A stretch of DNA of 64,000 nt from an uncultured Candidatus Saccharibacteria bacterium (GCA_964575755.1 CAZNRH010000001.1:17100-81099), one strand, 5' to 3'. Positions 46,401 to 55,206 are shown, counted from the stretch's first letter. The notes: generated by a model from the sequence alone, not told the origin. Numbers and translations are program-made.

Positions 46401-47175
46401 TATTGGATCACATGGTGATTATAATACTAGTGGGAAGCTACAAGTAGCGTGGTGTTGGAAGGCAGGTGGCGCTGGCGTTTCAAACACTGACGGCTCCGTT
46501 ACATCAACTGTCAGTGCCGATACAACAAGTGGTTTCTCGATTGCCAAGTATACTGGGCTAGATGCTGCCATAACGGTCGGGCATGGACTATCAAGTGCTC
46601 CAGAATTCATAATAGTCCGTAATCTTTCGGCTGTTGCCAGTTGGGCTGTGTATCATAAAGATATGACAGGCGCAACCTACTACTTGACGCTTGACACAAC
46701 CGTAGCACAAGCTGGACCTGATGCTAGTATTTTTTCAGCCGCACCAACTGCTACTATCCTTAATATTGGGAACAGTATCAGAACAAGTCGCGCATCAGAG
46801 AACTTTATTGCTTATTCTTGGCACTCAGTTTCTGGCTTCTCCGCTTTTGGCACATACACAGGCAACGGTTTAGCAGATGGGCCTTTTGTTCATTGTGGTT
46901 TTAGGCCAGCGTTTATTATGATTAAAAACATAACTTCTGCTGGAAGTTGGAATTTGATAGATGTTAAAAGAGATAACTATAACGTTGTGTCAAGACGTTT
47001 ATTAGCACAAGCCCCTGATGTGGAAGTTACCGGGGGAACTTATATGGATATCACCTCAAATGGTTTCAAACGGCGTTCAACAAACTTCAACACGGACACA
47101 GAAATATATCTTTACGCAGCATTCGCAGAACACCCGTTCGGTGGTGATGGTGTCTCTCAAGCACGAGCACGGTAG
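43465..47175 (+). CDS. Giant (1236 aa) protein with an N-terminal LamG/concanavalin-A-like lectin domain and a long Thr/Ser/Gly/Ala-rich beta-repeat region
   Basis: FYFSGDNPTFIISAASVNIGF...WYHLVLVVDTTQATAANRLKMYINGEQV matches the LamG-like jelly-roll signature (W.HLv.v.d......lYvnG). No classical signal peptide. Preceded by a cataattcctaattc motif. GC visibly higher than the surrounding genes. Confidence 0.5.
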   Translation: MPLGAEFRGLLGTAGTSSSSFVIPQSIRFNDNDLAYMSRTPSVAGNRKTWTWSGWVKRGSLGGSQVIFGAGANSSDRALFYFSGDNPTFIISAASVNIGFIKTTQVLRDPSAWYHLVLVVDTTQATAANRLKMYINGEQVTSLSTATYPAQNTDTYINYTEIHRIGSDSATISSLMDGYLADVHFIDGSALAASDFGETDANGSWVPIEFDSSAIAAETVTSSYCTSAVDATDSASYTFSSQSIGTATSDRIVVVTTAQGNVGMTVGSLTVGGISATEAIEITESTGYATSGQWYVPVPTGTTADIVVNISGGTASRCGITVHAIYGSSGKPYATAYAEQDYPLIQSIQVPDNGVIIGASMVNSGAPTVTWTNLTERVDEVIESASSSQSVASDAFATGGSITVTCSPASDNREVLTLTSWGAVGGYGTNGFYIDGADSANLGLDVNAVTSTALTVTFTDSSVDTSNSTAYTFSSQAIGAAGSDRTIVVATNGEGGGASRYVSTLTIGGVSATKIVSSLSENLYWPCEMWKAVVPTGTTADIIVTWDSNMSECGLGVWDVRNMGGVFSSGTDSTDPGNTTLWIPAGGVGIGSMKSGGGVASYTWTGLTKDYDELVDSANNGYHSGASITNATAQSLAIEANPSGGSQFAFCAVSFVMANDNSFAPSGLTTADQMLDSPTDDAANGIGNYCTWNVLNNSGPGYTWSNGNLKSTSDAQGQDGASGTLHASSGKYYFEYTVDAIVTGGTVYGVCTDGCAASSDMVDGTVAGGMDLYGGGEVYGYRGTGGKVDISSDTAYGTSFVATDVIGVALDLDNGIIWFSKNGAWQESATQGEIEAGTTTNAAFTWTPAGQFWTIWMHDFGANSSGTFNGGQSGFTYTPPTGFKALCTANLPAPTITDPSAYNQTELFTGNSATNVITFSGNSTMQPDLVWIKRRDWLGSNHVITDSVRGVTKEINSDLTNAESTEATGLTSFDTNGFTIGSHGDYNTSGKLQVAWCWKAGGAGVSNTDGSVTSTVSADTTSGFSIAKYTGLDAAITVGHGLSSAPEFIIVRNLSAVASWAVYHKDMTGATYYLTLDTTVAQAGPDASIFSAAPTATILNIGNSIRTSRASENFIAYSWHSVSGFSAFGTYTGNGLADGPFVHCGFRPAFIMIKNITSAGSWNLIDVKRDNYNVVSRRLLAQAPDVEVTGGTYMDITSNGFKRRSTNFNTDTEIYLYAAFAEHPFGGDGVSQARAR

Positions 47176-47311
47176 ACTTCGATTTGGCGCATCTTTGTTG
47201 CGCCAGGCAACATACATTTCTCGTTCAAATATGCGACGTCCAACATCGCATATTTGAACAGAGCGTAACACCTACTCAAGAATAATATTTTGAATATCTC
47301 CAATATAGAAA

Positions 47312-47352
47312 CATCATATCACTTGGAGGTTCGACCTCCAAGTGATATGATG
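47312..47352 (+). repeat. 41-nt palindrome catcatatcacttggaggt-tcg-acctccaagtgatatgatg
   Basis: 19-bp perfect arms. Its outer catcata...tatgatg arms are shared with the 33574 palindrome. Confidence 0.65.
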
Positions 47353-47357
47353 TTTCT

Positions 47358-48029
47358 ATGCGTAAAACACCTTTTATAAACGGAGAGTTTTATCATCTTT
47401 ACAATCGTGGTGTAGACAAAAGAAATACTTTTGAGGACCAAGAAGATGTTAATAGATTTTTTCAAAGTATGGAAGAATTTAATGTAGTCGAGCCAGTGGG
47501 GAGTATTTATGAAAATTCATTCAGAAAAAAGAACAAACTTGGAGGTCGAACCTCCAAGTTAGATAAGTTAGTAGAATTTGTTTGTTATTGTATTAATCCT
47601 AATCATTATCATTTTATAGTGTCGCAAACTAGAGACAACGGCATTAGTGAATTTATGAAAAGACTGTCAGGGGGATATACATATTATTTTAATAATAAAA
47701 ACAAAAGATCAGGATCCCTTTTTCAAGGTACATTTAAATCTGTTCACATAGACTCAAATGAGTACCTACTACATTTAAGTGCTTATGTAAATTTAAATAA
47801 CAAAGTACATAAACTTAATAGTTCATCCTATAAGTTAGTGAGATCAAGTTGGAATGAATATATAGAGAGGAATAAAAAAAGACAAGCTGATTTTTGCGAG
47901 AAAAGTATTGTTTTAGGTCAATTTAAAAACCCCTCAGAATATAAAGTTTTTGCAGAAAATTCTTTGAATGATATTTTATACCACAAGTCTCAGAAGGAAA
48001 TAGGGTCTCTAATTATAGAAAAATTATAA
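47358..48029 (+). CDS. IS200-like / REP-associated tyrosine transposase (RAYT-like, HUH Y1)
   Basis: GEFYHLYNRGVDKRNTF, HuH INPNHYHFIV, catalytic-Tyr region YLLHLSAYVNLN. Paralog of 33639-34304 and of the 5' fragment at 2-376. Confidence 0.6.
   Translation: MRKTPFINGEFYHLYNRGVDKRNTFEDQEDVNRFFQSMEEFNVVEPVGSIYENSFRKKNKLGGRTSKLDKLVEFVCYCINPNHYHFIVSQTRDNGISEFMKRLSGGYTYYFNNKNKRSGSLFQGTFKSVHIDSNEYLLHLSAYVNLNNKVHKLNSSSYKLVRSSWNEYIERNKKRQADFCEKSIVLGQFKNPSEYKVFAENSLNDILYHKSQKEIGSLIIEKL
47536..47560 (+). repeat. REP palindrome aacttggaggt-cga-acctccaagtt inside the transposase ORF (encodes KLGGRTSKL)
   Basis: Same family as the flanking palindromes. Lies in-frame within the CDS at a position where the paralog 33639 has unrelated sequence. 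Confidence 0.6.
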
Positions 48030-48052
48030 TTTTCAAATAAAAATCCAATAGT

Positions 48053-48079
48053 CTACTTGGAGGTTCGACCTCCAAGTAG
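48053..48079 (+). repeat. 27-nt palindrome ctacttggaggt-tcg-acctccaagtag
   Basis: 12-bp arms. Starts 24 nt after the transposase stop. Confidence 0.65.
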
Positions 48080-48142
48080 TAAATAATCCACGGCCTGTGC
48101 TGTATTTTAAGGTGATAATATTGATATAATAGTAGTAATAGT

Positions 48143-49534
48143 ATGTTTCAGAAACTTACACATTTTATTAAATACCATAACGCGCTACCTATAGTGCTAT
48201 CACTTATTCTGCTTAGTTCAGGCGCTGTGTTTGCTGCGAGTCCCCAGGCACGAGAAGCTATTATTTCAGAAGAGACAACAGTTCGTTCAGTTGATAACAG
48301 TTATATTATTAGTGTTAATTTAGAAACTCATAATCCACAACTCCAGATTACTTTAGTTGAAGAAGATGACGCAAATTATTATGTGTCATATGAATACGAC
48401 ACTATCTCCATAGATGACTATATATGGAAGGGATTTCGAATTAGTGAAACACTCACTGTATCAAAAGGCTCTTTGAACAGTCGTGACTTAGGTCTGTATG
48501 TTGCAGAAGAAATTAGCGAGATAATAGACAGTGAGGACGATTATCTTAATAAAGTACAGTCAATAGAAAAGAAAACAGGAGTCACTAATAAAGTTGTAAC
48601 GACAGAATATTCGGGTCTTATCGGTAAAATGTTGAGCTCGAAAGACGAAGAGTTTGAGGGATATGTGCCAATTATTCCAGACAAGAAACCAATTGTTAAT
48701 TCTGTTGGCGAAAGGAAGGTTAGTGCACAAATTGCTACTTTGAATGAGGTTTCAGCACAAGTTGCTGTTGCATTACCAAGTGAAGAAGAAATCAAACAAA
48801 TTATTCGCGACAGAGTTGAAGAACTTATCGCTGAAGGTGTTACAACGATAACAACATCGTCCAATACTTCGACTGACACAAGTACGTCAGAGGGTTCAGA
48901 TACTGCAGCTCCTATTATTAGTATTAACGGAAACAACCCAGCTAATATTGCGCTTAACTCATCATATTCAGACCTCGGTGCAACTGTGACTGATAACGTA
49001 AGTGAGAATCTTGGTATAAGTTATGCGGTGGATGGAGTTATTGTTTCTACTATTAATTTAGACACTTCATCTGACATAACATACACAATTACATATAGTG
49101 CGACAGACCAGGTTGGTAACATAGGCACTGCTACACGTACTGTAATTGTAGGTACAGGAATAGTAGATACAACTGAAACCACTGCAACAACTACTCCTGA
49201 AGTAGTAGTTATACTTGACATCACAGCACCTATTATTACTATAGTAGGTAACAATACAGAGAATATTGAGCAAGGCATAGTCTATATAGATCAAGGAGCA
49301 ATCGCTACTGACGATACAGATGGAGATATAACCCTGAATATAATTACTGTAAATCCAGTGGACACTACCAAAGTAGGTACATACACTGTGACTTACAATG
49401 TTGCTGATAAAGTAGGAAACAGTGCGCTTGAGGTAGCTAGAGAGATAGTGGTAGTTACGCCTGAAGCAGTTATTCCACCAGAAGAGACAACATCTTCAAC
49501 TACTCCTAAAACAGCAACTTCTACGAGTGAGTAG
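48143..49534 (+). CDS. Secreted protein with two Ig-like (DUF5011/BIG-type) domains
   Basis: Signal peptide (LSLILLSSGAVFAAS). Two repeats of D(T/I)(A/T)APII(S/T)I.GNN...Y.D.GA.(V/A)TD......(I/V)...V(D)T...GTYTVTY.A.D..GN.....R.(V/I)VV match the DUF5011 Ig-like pattern. Confidence 0.45.
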   Translation: MFQKLTHFIKYHNALPIVLSLILLSSGAVFAASPQAREAIISEETTVRSVDNSYIISVNLETHNPQLQITLVEEDDANYYVSYEYDTISIDDYIWKGFRISETLTVSKGSLNSRDLGLYVAEEISEIIDSEDDYLNKVQSIEKKTGVTNKVVTTEYSGLIGKMLSSKDEEFEGYVPIIPDKKPIVNSVGERKVSAQIATLNEVSAQVAVALPSEEEIKQIIRDRVEELIAEGVTTITTSSNTSTDTSTSEGSDTAAPIISINGNNPANIALNSSYSDLGATVTDNVSENLGISYAVDGVIVSTINLDTSSDITYTITYSATDQVGNIGTATRTVIVGTGIVDTTETTATTTPEVVVILDITAPIITIVGNNTENIEQGIVYIDQGAIATDDTDGDITLNIITVNPVDTTKVGTYTVTYNVADKVGNSALEVAREIVVVTPEAVIPPEETTSSTTPKTATSTSE

Positions 49535-49597
49535 TATACAAGCTTTTCAAACAATATTTCTGTATAATACGTATGAACAACACGTAATAATATTTTT

Positions 49598-50626
49598 ATG
49601 ACAAAAACACGAGTAGCAATCAACGGATTTGGCAGGATAGGGCGAGCATTCCTAAAGCTTTCAGAGAACAACGACCAGTTTGAAGTCGTTGCAATTAATG
49701 ACCTTGGCGACCTAGAGAACCTTGCATATCTCCTTAAGTACGATTCTGTATATGGAGCAAGTGGTTTTAATATTGAAACAAAAGGCGATGCTCTTGTGAT
49801 AGGTGGGCGCGAGGTAACATTTTTGTCTGAACCAGACCCTAAAAAACTTCCATGGAAAGACATGGATATAGACATGGTGCTCGAGTCTACGGGAGTTTTC
49901 GCAAGTTATGAAAAGTCACGTGTACACCTTGATGCAGGAGCAAAACGCGTCGTTATTTCCGCACCTGTAAAAGATGCGCCTCCATCTGGTATTAACGGAG
50001 CTACAGTGCTTATGGGTATTAATGAAGACAAACTTCAGACATGCGATATTAGCTCTAATGCATCGTGTACAACAAATGCAGGTTCTCCGATCATACAAAT
50101 TCTTAAAGAAGAAGTTGGGATTGAAAAAGCATTACTTAACACTGTACATGGATACACATCAACACAATCTATTGTCGATAGTCCAAACAAAAAAGATTTC
50201 AGAAAAGGTCGTGCAGCAGCACAGAATATTATTCCGTCGACAACAGGTGCTGCAATCGCAACAACTAAAGCAATAACTTCGCTTGATGGAAAGTTCGATG
50301 GCATAGCACTTCGTGTGCCAGTAGTAGCTGGCTCTATTGTTGACATTACCTTTATAGCCAAGAGAGACGTAACTGCAGAGGAGATTAACAACATACTTAC
50401 AGAAGCATCAAAGAAAGATAGGTGGAAGGGTATATTTACAGTTACTAATGAACCTATCGTATCAACAGATATCTTAGAGAATACACACACTTCAATAGCA
50501 GACTTATCATTCACTCGTGTTGTTGGTGGCAATCTTGTAAAGGTTCTTTCTTGGTATGACAACGAAATAGGGTATACAAATGCACTTGTTATGCATATGG
50601 CTAAATCCGCATCATACTTATCTTAA
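49598..50626 (+). CDS. gap: Glyceraldehyde-3-phosphate dehydrogenase
   Basis: NGFGRIGR NAD-binding motif. Active-site SNASCTTN. Confidence 0.9.
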   Translation: MTKTRVAINGFGRIGRAFLKLSENNDQFEVVAINDLGDLENLAYLLKYDSVYGASGFNIETKGDALVIGGREVTFLSEPDPKKLPWKDMDIDMVLESTGVFASYEKSRVHLDAGAKRVVISAPVKDAPPSGINGATVLMGINEDKLQTCDISSNASCTTNAGSPIIQILKEEVGIEKALLNTVHGYTSTQSIVDSPNKKDFRKGRAAAQNIIPSTTGAAIATTKAITSLDGKFDGIALRVPVVAGSIVDITFIAKRDVTAEEINNILTEASKKDRWKGIFTVTNEPIVSTDILENTHTSIADLSFTRVVGGNLVKVLSWYDNEIGYTNALVMHMAKSASYLS

Positions 50627-50647
50627 ATTATTTTTATATAGATATTC

Positions 50648-51088
50648 ATGAAAATATACATAGCAACTGATCACGCAGGATTTGAATTAAAAAACAAACT
50701 AGTTCCGTTTATTGAAGGTCTTGGTCATGATGTTGTTGATTTTGGTGCTAGTGTATATGACGAAGATGATGACTATCCTGACTTCATCTCAAAAGTTTCC
50801 GCAGAGGTTTCAAAAGACGAAGACAGTAATCGCGGCATTGTATTGGGAGGCTCTGGACAAGGAGAAGCAATAGTTGCTAATCGTACACGTGGAGTTAGAG
50901 CGGTAGTGTATTACGGTGGAAATACAGAAATTGTTCGACTAGGAAGAAACCACAATAATGCAAACATTCTTTCTTTGGGGGCTCGATTTATATCAGATGA
51001 AGAAGCGCAGAGCGCAGTACGAATTTTTCTTGAGACTGCATTTTCAGGAGACGAAAGACATGTCCGTCGTATCAAAAAAATAATTTAA
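50648..51088 (+). CDS. rpiB: Ribose-5-phosphate isomerase B
   Basis: MKIYIATDHAGFELKNKLVPFIEGLGHDVVDFG is the RpiB/LacAB family N-terminus. Confidence 0.85.
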   Translation: MKIYIATDHAGFELKNKLVPFIEGLGHDVVDFGASVYDEDDDYPDFISKVSAEVSKDEDSNRGIVLGGSGQGEAIVANRTRGVRAVVYYGGNTEIVRLGRNHNNANILSLGARFISDEEAQSAVRIFLETAFSGDERHVRRIKKII

Positions 51089-51094
51089 ATCTTT

Positions 51095-51799
51095 ATGGTC
51101 GAAATTATCCCTGCAATAATGCCAGATAATTATGATGACCTCCTCCTAAAAGCAGGTCGTGTTAAGGGTTTTGTTTCGTGCGCGCAGATAGATGTTATGG
51201 ATGGAAAGTTCGTGCCATCTGTAAGTTGGCCATATGACAAACAAGGTAAAGAGCAGTTTAAAGAAATGGTAAAAGACGACAAGATGTTGCCGTTTTGGGA
51301 GGATATATCTTACGAGATAGATCTTATGGTTGAGCACCCAGAGGAGGTCATTTTAGATTGGGTGTCACTTGGAGCTCGCAGAATACTCGTACATATAGAG
51401 AGTGTAAATAATCCCAAAGAGATCATTTCTTTAATAGACGACATGTTATCTAACGAGAAAGATCTTGAAGGCAGGAGTCCAGTTGAGTTTGGTATAGCTA
51501 TTGGCGCACAGACTTCGATAAATGTGATAGCTCCTTATATACATGATATAGAGGTTGTACAGCTGATGGGAATTAAAAAGATTGGATATCAAGGAGAAAA
51601 GTTTGATGAACATGTAATTGATAGAATAAAAGATTTGCAGAGAGAATACCCGCATCTTATAATAAGTATTGACGGAGGAGTAAATTTTGACAGCGCTCCT
51701 GAGTTAATTAAAGCAGGTGCCACCAGATTAGTTTCTGGTTCCACTATATTTAATAGTGAAGATATACAAGAGGCAATATATAAACTTAAACAAAAGTAG
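51095..51799 (+). CDS. rpe: Ribulose-phosphate 3-epimerase
   Basis: IIPAIMPDN...DVMDGKFVP, ISIDGGVN and TRLVSGSTIF match the Rpe TIM-barrel motifs. Confidence 0.7.
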   Translation: MVEIIPAIMPDNYDDLLLKAGRVKGFVSCAQIDVMDGKFVPSVSWPYDKQGKEQFKEMVKDDKMLPFWEDISYEIDLMVEHPEEVILDWVSLGARRILVHIESVNNPKEIISLIDDMLSNEKDLEGRSPVEFGIAIGAQTSINVIAPYIHDIEVVQLMGIKKIGYQGEKFDEHVIDRIKDLQREYPHLIISIDGGVNFDSAPELIKAGATRLVSGSTIFNSEDIQEAIYKLKQK

Positions 51800-51818
51800 A
51801 CTTAATTTTTAATACACA

Positions 51819-52682
51819 ATGACAAGTATAGATGAAACAAAAGTATGTGAGTTAGACACAAAGGCAAATGAGATTCGCCAGACAATAATAGAGATGCTTT
51901 ATGAGGCTGGATCAGGACACACTGCAGGCCCACTTGGTATGGCAGATATTTTTACTGCTTTTTACTTCCATATTCTTGACCACAAGCCAGATGACCCAAC
52001 ATGGGAAGATCGCGATCGTTTAATACTTTCAAATGGACACATAGTACCTGTGAGGTACGCTACCATGGCACACGCTGGGTACTTTTCTATTGAAGAAGTA
52101 AAGACTCTACGAAAGTTTGGTTCACGTATGCAAGGACACCCAGAGCTAGAAAAGATTCCCGCACTTGAAACAACGTCGGGACCACTAGGGTCAGGATTAG
52201 GGCAAGCAGCTGGAATAGCTTATGGCGCACGCATGGATCAGAAAAAGTTCAGAGTATATTGCTTATTATCTGATGCAGAGCATCAAGCTGGTAACTTATG
52301 GGAGTCAGCAATGTTTGCAGGAGTAAACAAACTCTCAAATATTACAGGAGTAATCGACAGAAACAATATCCAAATCAATGGCATGACAGAAGATGTGATG
52401 CCACTTGAGCCACTACGAGAGAAATATGAAGCATTTGGGTGGCATGTTATCGATGTAGATGGGCACAACATAGAGGCATTTGTAGATGCAGTAGAAGAGT
52501 CGAAAGCAATTTATGAAAAGCCAACCATGATTATTGCGCACACAATCCCAGGCAAGGGTATTGAAGGCATAGAGTTTGACTACACATGGCACGGCAAGCC
52601 ACCTAAAGAGGGTGAAGCAGAAGAGTTTCTTAGGGAGTTACGTATACTTAAAGGAAAGATAAAATGTGGAGGTCATGATTAA
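51819..52682 (+). CDS. Transketolase, N-terminal (TPP-binding) subunit of a split enzyme
   Basis: GSGHTAGPLGMADIFTAFYF, GHPE and TTSGPLGSGLGQAAGIA. Confidence 0.9.
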   Translation: MTSIDETKVCELDTKANEIRQTIIEMLYEAGSGHTAGPLGMADIFTAFYFHILDHKPDDPTWEDRDRLILSNGHIVPVRYATMAHAGYFSIEEVKTLRKFGSRMQGHPELEKIPALETTSGPLGSGLGQAAGIAYGARMDQKKFRVYCLLSDAEHQAGNLWESAMFAGVNKLSNITGVIDRNNIQINGMTEDVMPLEPLREKYEAFGWHVIDVDGHNIEAFVDAVEESKAIYEKPTMIIAHTIPGKGIEGIEFDYTWHGKPPKEGEAEEFLRELRILKGKIKCGGHD

Positions 52683-52687
52683 AATAT

Positions 52688-53683
52688 ATGATTAATAAAG
52701 ACGCGAAATTAGTAAAACAAATATTTGAAACAGAAACTCTTGAACAGGGCTCAACTCGTGATGGTTTTGGAAGTGGGGTAGTTGAAGCAGGTGAAACAGA
52801 CGAAAATGTTGTGGTGCTCTGTGCTGACCTCGCAGAAAGTACTCGCTCACACTTGTTTAAAGAGAAATTTCCAGATAGGTATATTGAGATGGGTGTTGCA
52901 GAGCAAAATATGGCAACAATAGCATCAGGTCTCGCAAATTATGGCAAGATTCCATTTATTACAAGCTACGCAGCTTTTTCTCCGGGGCGAAACAACGAGC
53001 AAATACGCACAACAATTTCACTTAACAATGTACCAGTAAAAATATGCGGTATGCACGCAGGTGTTTCTGTTGGTCCAGACGGAGCTACACACCAACAGCT
53101 CGAGGACATGGCGCTTATGAGGGTTCAGCCAAACATGACGGTTGTGTACCCGTGTGATGTAGAAGAAGCACGTAAAGCAACAATAGTGGCAGCAAAGACA
53201 GGTAAGCCGATGTATCTTCGATTTTCACGTTCAAACACTCCAATATTTACCACAAAAGATTCACCATTTGAAATAGGGAAGGCAGAGTTGTTGTGGAAGG
53301 CAGAGAAACCACAAGCAACAATAATTGCATGTGGGCCGTTACTATACAAAGCACTTGTTGTAGCAAAAGAGCTCTCTGAAGAAGGAGTTAATCTTTTAGT
53401 ATTAAATAACCACACTATTAAACCAATGGACACAAAAGCTGTGCTTCGGTGTGCAAAGGCAAGTGGCGCAGTAGTTACTGTAGAAGAACACCAAGTCGCT
53501 GGGGGTATGGGTTCTGCTGTAGCAGAGGTCTTAGCAAAAGAATATCCAGTGCCGATGGAATTTATTGGAGTACACGACAAGTTTGGACAATCTGGAGAAC
53601 CAGAAGAATTAATTGAACACTATGGTATGGGAGTCTCTGCAATCAAAAAAGCTGTTTTAAAAGTTATAGAAAGGAAGAATTAA
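52688..53683 (+). CDS. Transketolase, C-terminal (pyrimidine-binding) subunit
   Basis: RDGFGSGVVEAGE and IEMGVAEQNMATIASGLA. Adjacent to the N-terminal subunit. Confidence 0.9.
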   Translation: MINKDAKLVKQIFETETLEQGSTRDGFGSGVVEAGETDENVVVLCADLAESTRSHLFKEKFPDRYIEMGVAEQNMATIASGLANYGKIPFITSYAAFSPGRNNEQIRTTISLNNVPVKICGMHAGVSVGPDGATHQQLEDMALMRVQPNMTVVYPCDVEEARKATIVAAKTGKPMYLRFSRSNTPIFTTKDSPFEIGKAELLWKAEKPQATIIACGPLLYKALVVAKELSEEGVNLLVLNNHTIKPMDTKAVLRCAKASGAVVTVEEHQVAGGMGSAVAEVLAKEYPVPMEFIGVHDKFGQSGEPEELIEHYGMGVSAIKKAVLKVIERKN

Positions 53684-53737
53684 ACAGCAAAACTAGTCTT
53701 GCTGTTTGAATGGCTTTACAGAGCCACGTATTATATA

Positions 53738-53762
53738 AATGCCCCAGACATGTGGGGCATTT
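53738..53762. terminator. Bidirectional hairpin aatgcccca-gacatg-tggggcatt between convergent tkt and pfkB-like genes
   Basis: 9-bp stem with AT-rich flanks on both strands. A second hairpin acagcaa...ttgctgt at 53685-53707 follows the tkt stop. Confidence 0.5.
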
Positions 53763-53765
53763 AAT

Positions 53766-54767
53766 TTATAATTTTGAGACCTCGTAGCCTTCTGGAGCAT
53801 CTTTGAGATACTGCTCTAACTTTTCTTTTGTAACGAGGCCAGCTTGCGCGCCGATGTGTTGCACAACCTGCATAGAATTAATAGGTCCTCTAGTAAGTGC
53901 CTCGGGGAGCGTCATGCCGAGCGCAAGCATTGAAGTTACTGTTGAAGAAAAAGAATCTCCCGCTCCAGTTCTATCAGTTGGTGGAGCTGGGTCTGGATAC
54001 ATTGGCATTTGCCACGTATTGTTTCCGTCATATGCAAATGCTCCACGTGGTCCGTCTGTAATTATGACAGTTTTTGGACCAAGAGCGTGCATCTCCTTCA
54101 TTAATTCTTTAATATCGTCCGAGTCATTTTTAAGTATAGATTGTGCTTCTTGTTTGTTACAGAAGAAAAGTGCAGTAACTTTGTAAATATCTTTCAAAGT
54201 CTCTGCACCAAGTTTAATTTGGAATGTTCCTGGTTGGAAAGCGAGGTTTACCTCAGGGTTATCTTTTATATATTGGGCAATCTCATGATGGTATGGAAGT
54301 GAGTTTTCTCCAACAGAAGAAAAGTACATCCATTTTGGTGGTACTTCAAATTTAGGAAGATTGTATTCATAGTCATGATGTTTGATTAGAATTGTACGCT
54401 CTGCATCATAAAGCAACACATAGTGGTAGTTGGATTTTTTCCCTTTTTCTACTGATACAAATTGAGTGTCAACACCTTCTTTTTTTAGTTGTTCAAGTAT
54501 TTCTTCTCCATTTTTATCGTTCCCCAGATTAGTTACAATAGCTGATTTTAATCCAAGTCTGTGTGCTGAGACTGCTGCATTTGGACTATTTCCAACAGCT
54601 GGCACTACGGTAACTTTTTCGTATGGTAGTTTAGCTCCAAAGTCCATACATAATTTACAGTTATCCTTATCAACATCGCAATTAACACTGGCGTTCTTGA
54701 GTTGTATAAAAGCGTCAGTAACAATGTCACCAACAGCTACAAAATCTAATTGTTCCATATGCTTCAT
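53766..54767 (-). CDS. PfkB-family carbohydrate kinase (ribokinase/fructokinase-like)
   Basis: DFVAVGDIVTDAF N-terminal motif. PfkB signature-2 DRTGAGDSFSSTV. Confidence 0.7.
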   Translation of the reverse strand: MKHMEQLDFVAVGDIVTDAFIQLKNASVNCDVDKDNCKLCMDFGAKLPYEKVTVVPAVGNSPNAAVSAHRLGLKSAIVTNLGNDKNGEEILEQLKKEGVDTQFVSVEKGKKSNYHYVLLYDAERTILIKHHDYEYNLPKFEVPPKWMYFSSVGENSLPYHHEIAQYIKDNPEVNLAFQPGTFQIKLGAETLKDIYKVTALFFCNKQEAQSILKNDSDDIKELMKEMHALGPKTVIITDGPRGAFAYDGNNTWQMPMYPDPAPPTDRTGAGDSFSSTVTSMLALGMTLPEALTRGPINSMQVVQHIGAQAGLVTKEKLEQYLKDAPEGYEVSKL

Positions 54768-55130
54768 ATAGTAGCATATTTGACTGATAGCTATGTTTCC
54801 TATATATTAGTTTTAATATTAAGTGCACAAATTTGGAGGTATAGTACAGTGGAACTGAAATCAAAAAGGCTCGACGAACTTAAAACAGGAGACGTCTTTA
54901 TAATTCCTAACATAGAATATCAAGATGAAACCATTGTATATCAACATAATGGTTTTGGAGGAGATTCTTCAATGTGTGGAGTGGCTGAAAAATATTCTAT
55001 TTTAAAAAGAGTACCTCTTGACGGGCTTTGTTGTGTGGCTCCAAATGCAAAAGATTTCAAAGAGACTTTAAAAGACCCCTCAACAATGGTTCATGTTCTT
55101 TACTTCAGCATTCCGCCTCATAGGCGGTAA
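54750..55130 (+). CDS. Hypothetical protein
   Basis: 126-aa ORF filling an otherwise empty 360-nt gap. Followed by a + strand hairpin and T-run terminator. No recognisable motif. True start may be internal. Confidence 0.3.
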   Translation: MFHMLHIVAYLTDSYVSYILVLILSAQIWRYSTVELKSKRLDELKTGDVFIIPNIEYQDETIVYQHNGFGGDSSMCGVAEKYSILKRVPLDGLCCVAPNAKDFKETLKDPSTMVHVLYFSIPPHRR

Positions 55131-55152
55131 GATAATATAAAGCCATTATAAT

Positions 55153-55187
55153 AAGCGACGCCTACAGCGTCGCTTTTCTTTTTTTTA
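55153..55187 (+). terminator. Rho-independent terminator aagcgacgc-ctacag-cgtcgctt + T9
   Basis: 8-bp GC-rich stem followed by ttcttttttttt. Confidence 0.65.
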
Positions 55188-55206
55188 ATATGCTACAATA
55201 GTTTTA

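Larger units (their letters stand above)
47312..48079 (+). mobile_element. REP-RAYT unit: IS200-like Y1 transposase bracketed by cttggaggttcgacctccaag-family palindromes
   Basis: Left 41-nt palindrome 47312-47352, transposase 47358-48029 carrying an internal REP copy at 47536-47560, right palindrome 48053-48079. Confidence 0.6.
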
